A stretch of DNA of 37,637 bases from Octopus bimaculoides (GCF_001194135.2 NC_068995.1:1907022-1944658), one strand, 5' to 3'; positions 23,565-34,568 are shown, counted from the first letter of the stretch. Made by a program: numbers and translations. The notes: a model not told the origin generated them from the sequence alone.

Positions 23565-24595
23565 ATATCCTGGTTCTCCGTCGGTTACGGCGACGAATAT
23601 CCCAGTTGATCCAATCAATGGAACAGTCTGGGATCTATTTTAAAACGGGGGCCACAGTTTTCATTAATGTTTTACGTAGTGTTTTTGGTACCGAAAGACT
23701 TTCAAACTTCGTATACTTATCTATTTTGTGTTATAGAACAGAAAAATATTTTTGTATTCGAATTTATTTCATGTAAAAAATTGTCTTATTTCGATAATTT
23801 CAACCAATCACTGACAAGTATTTAGTTGTTTACATTTACTCCTTTGGCTGATTAAGCGGTGTAAAGCGTATTTAATCTCCATAGCTTCGTTTTATTTGCT
23901 TTCTTCATTTTAAATTTGCTTTTTTCATTTTCTTTTTTTCTTCTTCGTTTTATTTGCTTTTTTCTTTTTAAATTTGCTGTTTTACCCTAGGGTTAGGGTT
24001 AGCCTATAATAGAGAGGTTTATTAGCTACTGCCAATATGCTTCAGCCATTTTTTAACAAGGAAATAATAATTTTATCACCGATAGAATTGTTTCAGAATC
24101 GTTTGTTTATGTAGTCGGCACTTAATGTATATCGGCTGAATGGACGTCAGTGATTGGTTGAAATTACAGAAATACGACAAATTTAACATGGAATAACTTA
24201 GGGATTTCTTTTTTTTTTTTAAGAAGACTAAGAGAAAAAGATGTTTTATATGACACATTCTACCAGTGTTCCAAGTTTCAAAGTGTTTCGTTAAGAAAAT
24301 ACTGTGGCCCCCGTTTTAAAATAGATCCACAGTCTGCTCTTGAAATTAACGTGTAAGTGGCTGAGTACTCCACAGACACGCGGACCCTTAACATAGTTTT
24401 CAAGGAGATTCAGAGTGACACAAAATGGAACAGGGCTGACCCTTTGAATTAAAGGCACAACTCACTTTTGCCAGTTGAGTGGACTGGAGCAACATCGAAT
24501 GGCGTCTCGCTCAAAGACACAAGGTGTCACCGGAAATCAAAGCAATGATCTTACTCTCGTGATCCGAATTCGCTGACCACCGAGTCATGCGCCTA
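23565..24595 (-). mobile_element. Family D SINE split by a MITE insertion
   Basis: Removing 23631-24336 restores a contiguous sequence homologous to 11530-11830. Confidence 0.8.
23631..24328. mobile_element. Non-autonomous DNA transposon (MITE), copy 1; 8-bp TSD ACAGTCTG; possibly Merlin-like
   Basis: Perfect 28-bp TIR GGATCTATTTTAAAACGGGGGCCACAGT, with TSD at 23623-23630 and 24329-24336. GG termini plus an 8-bp TSD fit Merlin better than hAT; the superfamily is an inference. Confidence 0.9.
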
Positions 24596-25221
24596 CACGT
24601 AATGAGACATATAAGAGCGGCCTTCTGACAATACATTGTTTCAAAACCCGGAAGACGACGAAAAGACCGGTGAATACCAGATTATCAGATGGTGGTATCC
24701 CTTCCCTAAAACGAAAAAAAAAAAGAAAAAAAGTCGCAGTATGGTAAGATGTTTGTTTCCGGGTTTCCGAGTTCAGGCCCACTGCGTTTCGGACTAGCGT
24801 CTTCTAATACAGCCTCGGACTATATAGTATAGTAGATTCTGTCAACCAAATCCGCCTATAAAGCCATATCTTGATTAAATGAAAGTTTACATTGTTGCAA
24901 GGAGGTACATGTTAACGCATGAGAAGATTCTTTTACTTGTTCCAGTCATTTGAGTGCAGCCATGCTGGAGCACCACCTTTAGTCGAACAAATCAACTCAG
25001 TCATCACAAATTTGTTGTGATGACTGAGCGACCATTTTGGAACGTTAAAACAATGAACTCTTGTTTTCACACTCATCCAAGTTTAATGGACGCCAGTGCA
25101 GCGATGAGCCTGGGAAATGTTTGTTGAGGACAGAGGGCAGCTTGGCGATTAGTTTGACCTGCTTCGGCATTACCGAAACTAAGTAGCGGATTTTTATATT
25201 TCTGTCTGTCTGTCTATTACC

Positions 25222-25257
<36 letters not shown>

Positions 25258-25601
25258 GCCTGCCTGTCTGTCTGCACACACACACACACACACATTTGAA
25301 ATTTCTCAGCCGGGACACTTAGCAGTGAGTTGAGCAAAATTTATTATACGTTCCGTGTTAACGAAGTGTTAAGTTATGTATTTACATATACATGTATATA
25401 TGTATATACATAAATATATACATACACACACACATATATATATATTATATATGTGTGTGCATTTTTTTAATGGGTGTATATTTGTATGTATATGTGTATA
25501 TATATGTATGTATATATACATACATTAGTACACATACATAAACCCTCTATATAATGAGCATATATATATATATGTATATATGTATATATGTATATATACA
25601 T

Positions 25602-25636
<35 letters not shown>

Positions 25637-25802
25637 CACATGCATTCTTATAAATAAGGTCATATAATTATTAAAAGTTTCAAAGTAATTGAAACTCCTT
25701 CGTTTGTTTACATATATCTTAGATGCATGTATATATATGTATGTATACATATATGTGTGTGTGTGTGTGATTATATGTATTAATAGGTGTGTGTGTGTGT
25801 GT

Positions 25803-25834
<32 letters not shown>

Positions 25835-26007
25835 AATTGTATAATTGTACGTTGGTAAACAAGATTAATAACCCTGCTTCACGACATACAATTACAATAG
25901 CCTCTACACCACGTTTCTGCCATCTGCCTGTTATTGAGCTCCGGTCCGTTGTTTGGGGATTTTAACAGACAAGGAAACAAATGTTACACGTCCATTCAAA
26001 CATACGT

Positions 26008-26038
<31 letters not shown>

Positions 26039-26081
26039 ATCATGTGTGTGTGTGCGTATATGTATATATATATAAATTACC

Positions 26082-26109
<28 letters not shown>

Positions 26110-26113
<4 letters not shown>

Positions 26114-26310
26114 TTGTCTCCCCAAACATCGCTTGATAACCGATGCTGGTGTGTTTACGTCCCCGTAACTTAGCAGTTCGGCAAAAGAAACCGATAGAAT
26201 AAGTACTAGGCTTACAAAAAGTCCTGGGGTCGATTTGCTCGACTAAAGGCGGTGCTCCAGCATGGTCGCAGCCAAATGACTGAAACAAGTAAAAGAGTAA
26301 AAGAATGAAA
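26110..26310 (+). mobile_element. Family B SINE 3' half, well preserved
   Basis: cgcttgataaccgatgctggtgtgtttacgtccccgtaacttagc...ggggtcgatttgctcgactaaaggcggtgctccagcatgg...tgactgaaacaagtaaaagagtaaaag. Confidence 0.85.
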
Positions 26311-26321
26311 GAATATATATA

Positions 26322-27615
26322 CAGGGTGTACACAAAAGTATATGCTCAGAGAGAATAACGTGGGAGATAATTGAAATACATTTCTTTTCAAAATTTAATA
26401 GAATCTGCTGATAGAATTTTATTTTTCGTTTTAAGAATGATTGTTTTCCAACCGAAGTCAGTTCTAATCCAGACTCTGCTGATAACGCGAAACAATGGAA
26501 TCGCAGACATCGAGTAACATTTCGGTCGGTAGTTGTGCTTCTTCCTCGTTCAATGGTCGTTTCCGCTGCAGCTTTTGTATCATAAACTTTATCCTTTAAG
26601 AATCTCCATAAAAAAAGTCTAGTGGTGTGATGTCCGGCAAACGTGGAGGCCATTCTACTGAACCTCCGGATCTATTTAAAAACGGGGGCACCAGTTTTCA
26701 TTTATGTTTTATGTAGTGTTTTTGGTACCGAAAGACTTTCAAACTTCGTATACTTATCTATTTTGTGTTATAGAACAGAAAAAAAATTTTATATTCGAAT
26801 TTATTTCATGTAAAAAATTGTCTTATTTCGATAATTTCTACTAATCACTGACGTCTATTCAGTTGAAAATAGTTAGCGCTGTAACGGGGTATATCGTATT
26901 AATCCCCTAACCCTAACTAGACTGTTAACCCTAACCCTAACCCTAAAACTAACCCTAACTCTAGAATCCGAACTCTAAAATTGTTACACACATAGATACG
27001 CACAGCGTAATTTATTATATAAACAATATATGCGTATAAATTACGATTAAACCGGATGAAATATGTCACAGGGAAAAACATTTTTATGACCGCCTAGCAG
27101 CAACTCTATTCAGCTGAATAGACGTCAGTGATTGGTTGAAATTACAGAAATACGACAACTTTAACATGGAATAACTTGCGATGTACGTTTTTTTGTTAAG
27201 AAGACTAAGAGTAAAAGATGTTTTATATAACACATTCTACCAGTGTCCCAAGTTTCAAAGTGTTTCGTTAGTGTTTCGTTAAGAAAATACTGGTGCCCCC
27301 GTTTTGAAATAGATCCGAACCTCCTCGTCCAATCCACTTGTTTGGCAAAAAATTCATCAAATTATTCTTGGAATTGGGAAAATTGTAACTTTACCTATCA
27401 CAGCGTTTCGAAATGCAATGGACGCAGAAATTTGAAATTCCTGTTTCACGATTCGCTTGCCACACAGATTTTCTTGGATCCTTGCAAAACGTTTTTAGCA
27501 TCATTTTTAGCCTTGTGAGGCTTGTCGATGGCTTTGGTATTCCGGAACGTTTCTTGCGGACTTGCTGAACAGTTCCATCAGCTTCAGACCTGGCTCTAAT
27601 TCCAGCGAGGAATTG
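26322..27615 (-). pseudogene. Tc1/mariner-superfamily transposase fossil, internally deleted and interrupted by MITE copy 2
   Basis: N-terminal EADGTVQQVRKKRSGIPK...DPRKSVWQANRETGISNF (HTH region). After removing the MITE and one TSD it reads PNKWIGRGGSVEWPPRLPDITPLDFF/LWRFLKDKVY (the WPPRSPDL..DFFLWG motif). One TIR end, TA|CAGGGTG, is at 26320-26328. Confidence 0.85.
26668..27316. mobile_element. MITE copy 2; 8-bp TSD GAACCTCC
   Basis: Same TIRs as copy 1 (GGATCTATTT...AAATAGATCC), with TSD at 26660-26667 and 27317-27324. Internal CCCTAA repeats lie at 26905-26960. Confidence 0.9.
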
Positions 27616-27943
27616 ATTTATTAGCTAAAGGAACCCAGCCGAGTTCTCCATTGGGTTTCGGATCCTCGGACCGATATATCCGGCTGAACCATTCCTTCAC
27701 ATGTTCTACACACACACTTATGCGTATATGTTTATATATCAATTTATATATATTTGTCGTCGTCGGCGGCATTAACTCGTATCCGAGTAGTTAATCTGTA
27801 GCCAGTGATTAAGCCTCTTCATCCTGATGGGTGCGAAGGGAGTAGATGCCTGAGGTGTTTGTTCAAAGCAAGGGCGATATAGAAGAGCCGGGGGCATTTA
27901 CCGTGGGAGACGGTTGGCCCTTCTTTCGTTTGTCCATTCACTC

Positions 27944-27989
<46 letters not shown>

Positions 27990-28492
27990 GCATACACACA
28001 CCGAAATAACACTGCTCACTGCCGCATTCTGTTTTACACACACACACACACACACATACACACACACATATACACACAAGCCAGTAGACTTCTACAGCTG
28101 CGTCTGTAAGCTAAGAAAATTTACTTTCGTTTCCAGTTAATTTTCAGAATTTTCTTACAATTGTATTTCTGTATAATGTGTTGATATACGTGTAAGTGCG
28201 TGTGCTTGTGTGTGTGTGTGTGCGCGTGTGTGTGAGCATATCTGTGTGGGACAAAAATATAAAATTTTAAAAAATCACGAACGTGGTAAAATACCAAATA
28301 GGATGTGTTAGGCTGACGCTGGAGGAAATTTGAAGAAGTGTTTAACATTTCGAGCCCTACCCTCTTCTACAGGGTGGGCAGATGAGGAAAGAAAAAAAAC
28401 CTGTCTCGATTAGACGATCACACACACACACACACACACTCTTCAAAACTTGTGCCATCTTCCTCCGCCACACCTATGAGGCGCGCCTCACC

Positions 28493-28507
28493 GTTTGGGA
28501 ACCACTG
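28493..28507 (-). mobile_element. Solitary hAT-like terminal sequence (CAGTGGTTCCCAAAC)
   Basis: Typical hAT/Charlie-type terminus; no partner TIR was found in the window. Confidence 0.35.
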
Positions 28508-28521
28508 CTCGAGTAAAAAGG

Positions 28522-28569
<48 letters not shown>

Positions 28570-28699
28570 GATATATAGCATGTAACAGGCTAACTCCAGC
28601 TTTAGTTAGCGGATTTTCCCTCGAATTACACAATCCAGCAAGGTGGGGGTCCTTTTCCTTCGTTAAATTTGAGTAGATATATGTATACATATTTGTACA

Positions 28700-28741
28700 C
28701 GCGGAGGAGCGTGGCTAAGTGGTTAGTATTGTACTCATGAT
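28700..28741 (+). mobile_element. Family D SINE head truncated by gap
   Basis: gcggaggagcgtggctaagtggttagtattgtactcatgat resembles the start of 8630-8930. Confidence 0.55.
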
Positions 28742-29573
28742 NNNNNNNNNNNNNNNNNNNNNNNNNNNNNNNNNNNNNNNNNNNNNNNNNNNNNNNNNNN
28801 NNNNNNNNNNNNNNNNNNNNNNNNNNNNNNNNNNNNNNNNNNNNNNNNNNNNNNNNNNNNNNNNNNNNNNNNNNNNNNNNNNNNNNNNNNNNNNNNNNNN
28901 NNNNNNNNNNNNNNNNNNNNNNNNNNNNNNNNNNNNNNNNNNNNNNNNNNNNNNNNNNNNNNNNNNNNNNNNNNNNNNNNNNNNNNNNNNNNNNNNNNNN
29001 NNNNNNNNNNNNNNNNNNNNNNNNNNNNNNNNNNNNNNNNNNNNNNNNNNNNNNNNNNNNNNNNNNNNNNNNNNNNNNNNNNNNNNNNNNNNNNNNNNNN
29101 NNNNNNNNNNNNNNNNNNNNNNNNNNNNNNNNNNNNNNNNNNNNNNNNNNNNNNNNNNNNNNNNNNNNNNNNNNNNNNNNNNNNNNNNNNNNNNNNNNNN
29201 NNNNNNNNNNNNNNNNNNNNNNNNNNNNNNNNNNNNNNNNNNNNNNNNNNNNNNNNNNNNNNNNNNNNNNNNNNNNNNNNNNNNNNNNNNNNNNNNNNNN
29301 NNNNNNNNNNNNNNNNNNNNNNNNNNNNNNNNNNNNNNNNNNNNNNNNNNNNNNNNNNNNNNNNNNNNNNNNNNNNNNNATATACATACAATCCTTATTA
29401 TTATTAAAGCTGCAAAGACATCACAAAAATATTACAAAAAACTGCTACTCAGAGTTTCACGTTCCCGTTCGTCGGAGGGTTTAGTTGAAATTTATAGAGA
29501 TACAAAAGACGAAGACAGGTGTAAGAACAACAAGCAAGTGTATTAGTTTGACGCTCGGGAAAAATGGAAAAGT

Positions 29574-29609
29574 CTTTTACGTTTCGAGCCTACGCTCTTC
29601 GACAGAAAG
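29574..29609 (-). ncRNA. Minimal type I hammerhead-ribozyme-like motif (Penelope-like element terminal-repeat type)
   Basis: The minus strand reads CTTT-CTGTCGA-A-GAGC-GTAG-GCTC-GAAAC-GTA-AAAG. It has stem I CTTT/AAAG, stem II GAGC/GCTC, and a loopless palindromic ACGT stem III. The core deviates from CUGANGA at A6. Confidence 0.5.
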
Positions 29610-29789
29610 GAATAAGAGGAAACAAACAGAGAGAGAATGGAAGACACGCGTTGAATTCAGTGGTGTGCATATGTGCGTAAGTCTGTCTTTTCTCAAACCG
29701 CACCGGTATTGAGTGCATCAACACCTACATGTTTTGTATACTTGTTTCGCTAGTGACATATTCACCTTCCTACATACATACATACATAC

Positions 29790-30267
29790 TGATGGAAGAA
29801 CACCTTTTGTCTTGAAACCAAAGATGGTTGTTTTATCCTCTACCGCTGACTTGAACGACTGCTTGAATGACCAAATCCAAGCTTCTCTGCTAGTTCCTTA
29901 GCAGTTACCATGAGATTTTTTTCCCATCAAGGCTTGCAGGAAATCCTCGTCGAGCTCTACAGATCTTCCAGGACAGGGCTCGTCTTCTGGGCTGTAGTTT
30001 CCGGCTTGGAATTTCTGGAACCACCTTTGACACTGGCTTACGCATATTGTCCGATCCCCATATACTCTGCATTAATATTCCTCGCACTTTATGTTGCGTT
30101 GTTGCCTTTATTGAACTCATAAAGCAAAATATGCCGAATATGCTCCTTTGTCACTTCCATTACAGCTTTGAAAAAAATGACTGTTGAAATCGAACAGCAC
30201 TCTTCAAAACTTGCGACCTTTAGTTCATGCAACTGAAAAAAACCACATTACTTTTGAGATGACCCAA
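29790..30267 (-). pseudogene. Mariner (Mos1-like) transposase 5' fossil with left TIR
   Basis: ATG at 30158-30160: MEVTKEHIRHILLYEFNKGNNAT*SARNINA/VYGDRTICVSQCQRWFQKFQAGNYSPEDEPCPGRSVELDEDFLQAL/..VTAKELAEKLGFGHS. It has one stop and two frameshifts. The TIR TA|TTGGGTCATCTCAAAAGTAATG ends at 30267. Confidence 0.9.
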
Positions 30268-30713
30268 TATATAGATAAGCAGCTTTCTTTATTACAGATT
30301 TGACTAATTCGGAGAAACATTACTTTCATTATTCACACATCGTCACTTTCATAATGCAACACTTCGTAATTTTGGTTCAAACTGAAAGTGTGAAACTATT
30401 TTCACTTTCTAATGAAACCTGGTCGTTGTAGAGCAGTGTCTATCAAATAACTAAAGCTGGTTGTTGGGCTTACGTAGATAAAATGTACATGGAAATAAAG
30501 TTTGATAGCCGAAAGATTACTGAATCTTTTCATACTACATGCATCAAAATCAGCAACTCAGTGTTCGAATGCATAAGGAACACACACACTTTCTCTCTCT
30601 CTCTCTCCCATATATATAGTTATGTTATATTCTGTTAAGAACGTAATAGAGTACCGTATAAAGTTTGTCTACGTTTAGATATACCCTGTGCTATTCAGTA
30701 GTAGTATTATACG

Positions 30714-30789
<76 letters not shown>

Positions 30790-30791
<2 letters not shown>

Positions 30792-30870
30792 TGAAGTAAT
30801 GTTTGTCGCCACTTCAACATGGCTCTTTCTGTTCGAACGGATGTTACTGCGATTTTTTAATCCCAAGAGA
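30790..30870 (-). mobile_element. Very short 3' tail of the same RTE-type LINE as 21040-21530
   Basis: gggattaaaaaatcgcagt...agccatgttgaagtggcgacaaacattacttc versus ggggttaaaaaatagcagt...agccatgttgaagtagcgatagatattacttc; followed by (ATCT)n. Confidence 0.65.
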
Positions 30871-32279
30871 ACATTTCCTTTGGCTGGTTAACGATGCACA
30901 CCTGCATCCGATATATCGCCAATAATCTTTCAAATTATATCTTCGGTGAGTTAACCTGGGATTGCTTAACGACAATGTAACTTCATATAATTATGGTATC
31001 TTCGGCTCCTGATGGCTTGCTAGTTGACTATGTTACCGTTGAGTAATTCTTATAACGGAGGATCTGCTTATCTAGGAAACACTTGTTGCCTGGATTTTAT
31101 CGGCTGCACTCCTTCAATTTGAATTTTTATTCGCATTCATAGCAACCTACGTTGCTAATCGCGACGTATAAAAGAAGTTTTCAGCTTATTGAAGTTCGAT
31201 ATGGGAAAAGCTTACAACCTTCGACGTCAATAAATTTTTATTGTTTCTGGATGTTAGTTTTTATATCTACCACTGACTGGCTCGAAGCTTACGAACTTCC
31301 TACCCTTAAATCCTTGCATCTTATAATTACACACACACACACACACATTAAAACGTTTGGACAGATACACGATACAAAGGCGGACAAGAGAAACAACAAT
31401 TAGAAGGACAGGCAAAACAAAGACGGGTCATTCTTGGTTATCAGTCTGTCTGTCTATTGATCTATACGTGTGTGTGCGCGTGCGTAGGTGTGCATGTGTG
31501 AGAGTGACTAATTGTGTGTATGTAAGTGTGTGTGTATGAATATGTGTCTGTGTGTGTGTGTAGCATGGGCATTGCTCATCCGATCCAGTTCTGAGAACAA
31601 CACGCATTCACACACATGTATATACATACATATACTTACATAGCCACACATATATACATGCATACGTACATACATACTCCTACACACACACACACACGTA
31701 TATCTTGTTTATCGTGTTTTGTCTTTTCTTTTAATTTCTCTCTCTTTCGATTTCTTCTGAAAGTGAGTCACTCTTGGTTGAGTAAGCCGATGATTAAATG
31801 CTTCCATATTGTGACCACCCCTTGTTGTATTCAGCGAAAAATAGTGTACATTTACCGTTATTTTCTCTAATTTGTAGATTAGGCTCTGATTCAATGGAGA
31901 TTTGGTTGCTATTACTTGCAGATCAGTTGACCAGACGTAAATTATTATGGCCACAGGTCATATTGTTCAGTACTCCACTGATTTCACCAACCAGTGGAGC
32001 TTCTGTCTCTAGATTACCAGACACGGGGATAACGAATTTGTCTGTTGATTCATTGGTTGTGAGTTCAAACCTGCATACCTTCTGCATGGCTGGGGAAGAC
32101 GGTGGTGCTAACGTCAGTCACTTCGTCCATGTGGCCCTTTTATCAGATTAAGTTTATCTCGTTGTGAGGAAACAGGGTTCAATACTCTTGTGTCGTGTTT
32201 GTCCTCCACCACCGTCTGATAACCGGTGTTGGTTTGTTTACGTCTCCGTAACCTAGCGGTTCGACAGATCACTTTGTGC

Positions 32280-32560
32280 CATCTCGCCTGACTCGAAACT
32301 CACAGCGTCTTCATTCAAATGCTGCCGTGCTTCCACGAATAAAGAAGTCTTTTTTACGGTCGTAAGTTTTTCCCTCGAACTAATAACAGACTCTGGAACT
32401 CTTTTCCATCTCACCATTTTCCTCCTTCTTATGACCTGAACTTTTTCAAGTCTCCTTTAAATTCATTCCTTTCATCTTGATTTCTCCTTCTTCACGGTTT
32501 CTTACACTAAGTAGTTTTCCACCTTGTTTGGAAATTTACTTAAAAAAAAAAAAAAAAGAA
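32280..32560 (+). mobile_element. 3' fragment of a CR1/L2-group LINE inserted in a family B SINE
   Basis: The frame from 32361 gives RKFFPRTNNRLWNSFPSHHFPPSYDLNFFKSPLNSFL (the FFPRT..LWNSLP....YDL..FKS.VN pattern). An A-tail lies at 32541-32557. The SINE halves are at 32175-32270 and 32560-32680. Confidence 0.65.
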
Positions 32561-32714
32561 GCCAATAGATTAAGTTCCAGACTTGGAATAAATACAGGGG
32601 TCGATTTGTTTGACTGAACCCTTGAAGGTGGTGCCCCAGCATGGCCACATTCCAGGGACTAAAACCCTCAAAAGATAACGTGGTAAGGGATGCGAAACTT
32701 AAGTAGGAATTTCT

Positions 32715-32890
32715 TTGGGGTTACAAGGCATAGACGTTAGGTTATCGCTAACGCCGGGGCAGAGAACCAGTAGAGTGTCGGATAAAATGCATTGTGATAT
32801 TTAATCCGCTACTCGTAGTTCAAATCTTGCCAAAGTCAACTTTAACCTTCACCCTTTCGGGGGTTGACAGATTAAAAAGAAACAGTCAAG
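32715..32890 (+). mobile_element. Family A SINE, diverged
   Basis: ctactcgtagttcaaatcttgccaaagtcaactttaaccttcaccctttcgggggttgacagattaa. Confidence 0.6.
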
Positions 32891-33116
32891 GATTGGTGGT
32901 GGTGGTGGGAGGGGGTAACAATCTTCTTCACGAAATATTCAGGCAGCTAAGGGAGATGACCTCCATTAGGTTAAACTGATTGAGGAGATATTAGCACGGC
33001 AGAAACTTTCATTGGCGTGCTGTCTATATTGTACTATCTATCTATCTACCCACCCACCTACCTACCTACTAAACTACCTACTTACCTATCTATCCATCTA
33101 CCTACCTACCTACCTG

Positions 33117-33149
<33 letters not shown>

Positions 33150-33152
<3 letters not shown>

Positions 33153-34260
33153 CATTCGCTTTCTTTTGATTCAATTCTGTTCCTCTCACCCTCTTTCTCT
33201 CCCTCCCCCACTCTCCTATTAGTGCCTCACTATTTTCTTCTGTGATTTTTCTCTCCTTCTCTTCTCTCTTCGCTTATGTTTCTTTGTCTCATTTCTTATC
33301 CCTTCCCCCTCTTCCTGCTCCTCCCCCCACCTCTCATCTTTACTCTTTTTCCTATCTTATGTAACCCTCATCAATTCTTTACCCTTTATCCATCTCCTCA
33401 TCCTTTCTCTCCCGCTCTCCCTCTCTTTCTCTCTCACTTTTCCTCCTCAATACTTCATTCTGTCGTCTGCTTCTTACAGTTACCTTTCCCGCCAATCTCT
33501 TCCCTCCTACTCCCTCTCTGAATCTTTTACATTTCCTTCCTGTTCTCTTTCCTTCACCTCAGCCTCTCATTTTCCTTTTCCTCCCTTTTTTCCCCTCCCT
33601 CTCCTCCTCTCATTCCCTGCAACATCTACCACGTTCATCTGTCTACATCCCTTCCTCCCTCTCTCTTTTCATTCCTACCTCCCCTTCTCAAACCACCCAC
33701 ACATTTCCCCCTCTAATCTCATCTTCTTTTCTCTCTCACTCTCCCTCGCCCTCACACTCCTTAAACACTTGCTTTCCACCCTTCTACCCCCCACCTTACA
33801 CTTCCCCTCCATATGCCATTATTTCTTCTACTCCAATTATCAACCTCCCCCTCTCTCTCTAAATCAATGCTTAGTTTTTTGTATCCCTTCTACCTCTCAT
33901 ACTCCTCCTACACCTGCAACCCCTTCTCTTTTCTCCATAGTTCTCCTCTTCTCTTTCTTCTATCTTTCTACGCCTGCAACTCTCTGTCTCTGTCTCTTTC
34001 TGTCACTATCACCCTGCCCCTTCGTCCTCCTCCTCTATCTTTCCTTTCTCTCTTCCCCCTCCTACTCTCTCTAGTCTCTTACTATTTGACCAACTTCTTT
34101 CATCCCGTGACACCTCCGCTTCCCATTCTTCTTCTATAAATCCTACACCCCTCTCTTATCTTCATAGCACATTTCGCTTTCTCCTCCCCTTCTCTCTCTC
34201 TATTTCTGACCTCAGATCCCCCTCCTTCTTTCTCTCTACTACTCTGTCCTCTCACTATTC
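33150..34260. repeat. ~1.1-kb pyrimidine-rich low-complexity tract
   Basis: Almost G-free, C/T-dominated sequence on the + strand. Confidence 0.85.
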
Positions 34261-34394
34261 CCACTCACCAATCAGTCACGCAAGAGACACGAGTTGAAGA
34301 TCGATACCTACGTCAGAGGATCGAGATGTTTGCGTGGGAGTTCGTTATCAGAACAATATGACTGATAGAGGCGTCGGGGAGAGTGTGTTTGATC

Positions 34395-34449
<55 letters not shown>

Positions 34450-34534
34450 TATGCATAATGGAGGGAGGACTGTGTGCACGTGAATGAGTGAGAGAGAGAG
34501 AGAGAGGAAAGAGAAATTAAGATAATTACTGGGT

Positions 34535-34568
<34 letters not shown>

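Noticed and set aside
25017-25150. Box C/D snoRNA (GTGATGA at 25017-25023)
   Set aside because: No downstream CTGA D box with a terminal stem at a plausible distance; the motif is part of a local hairpin.
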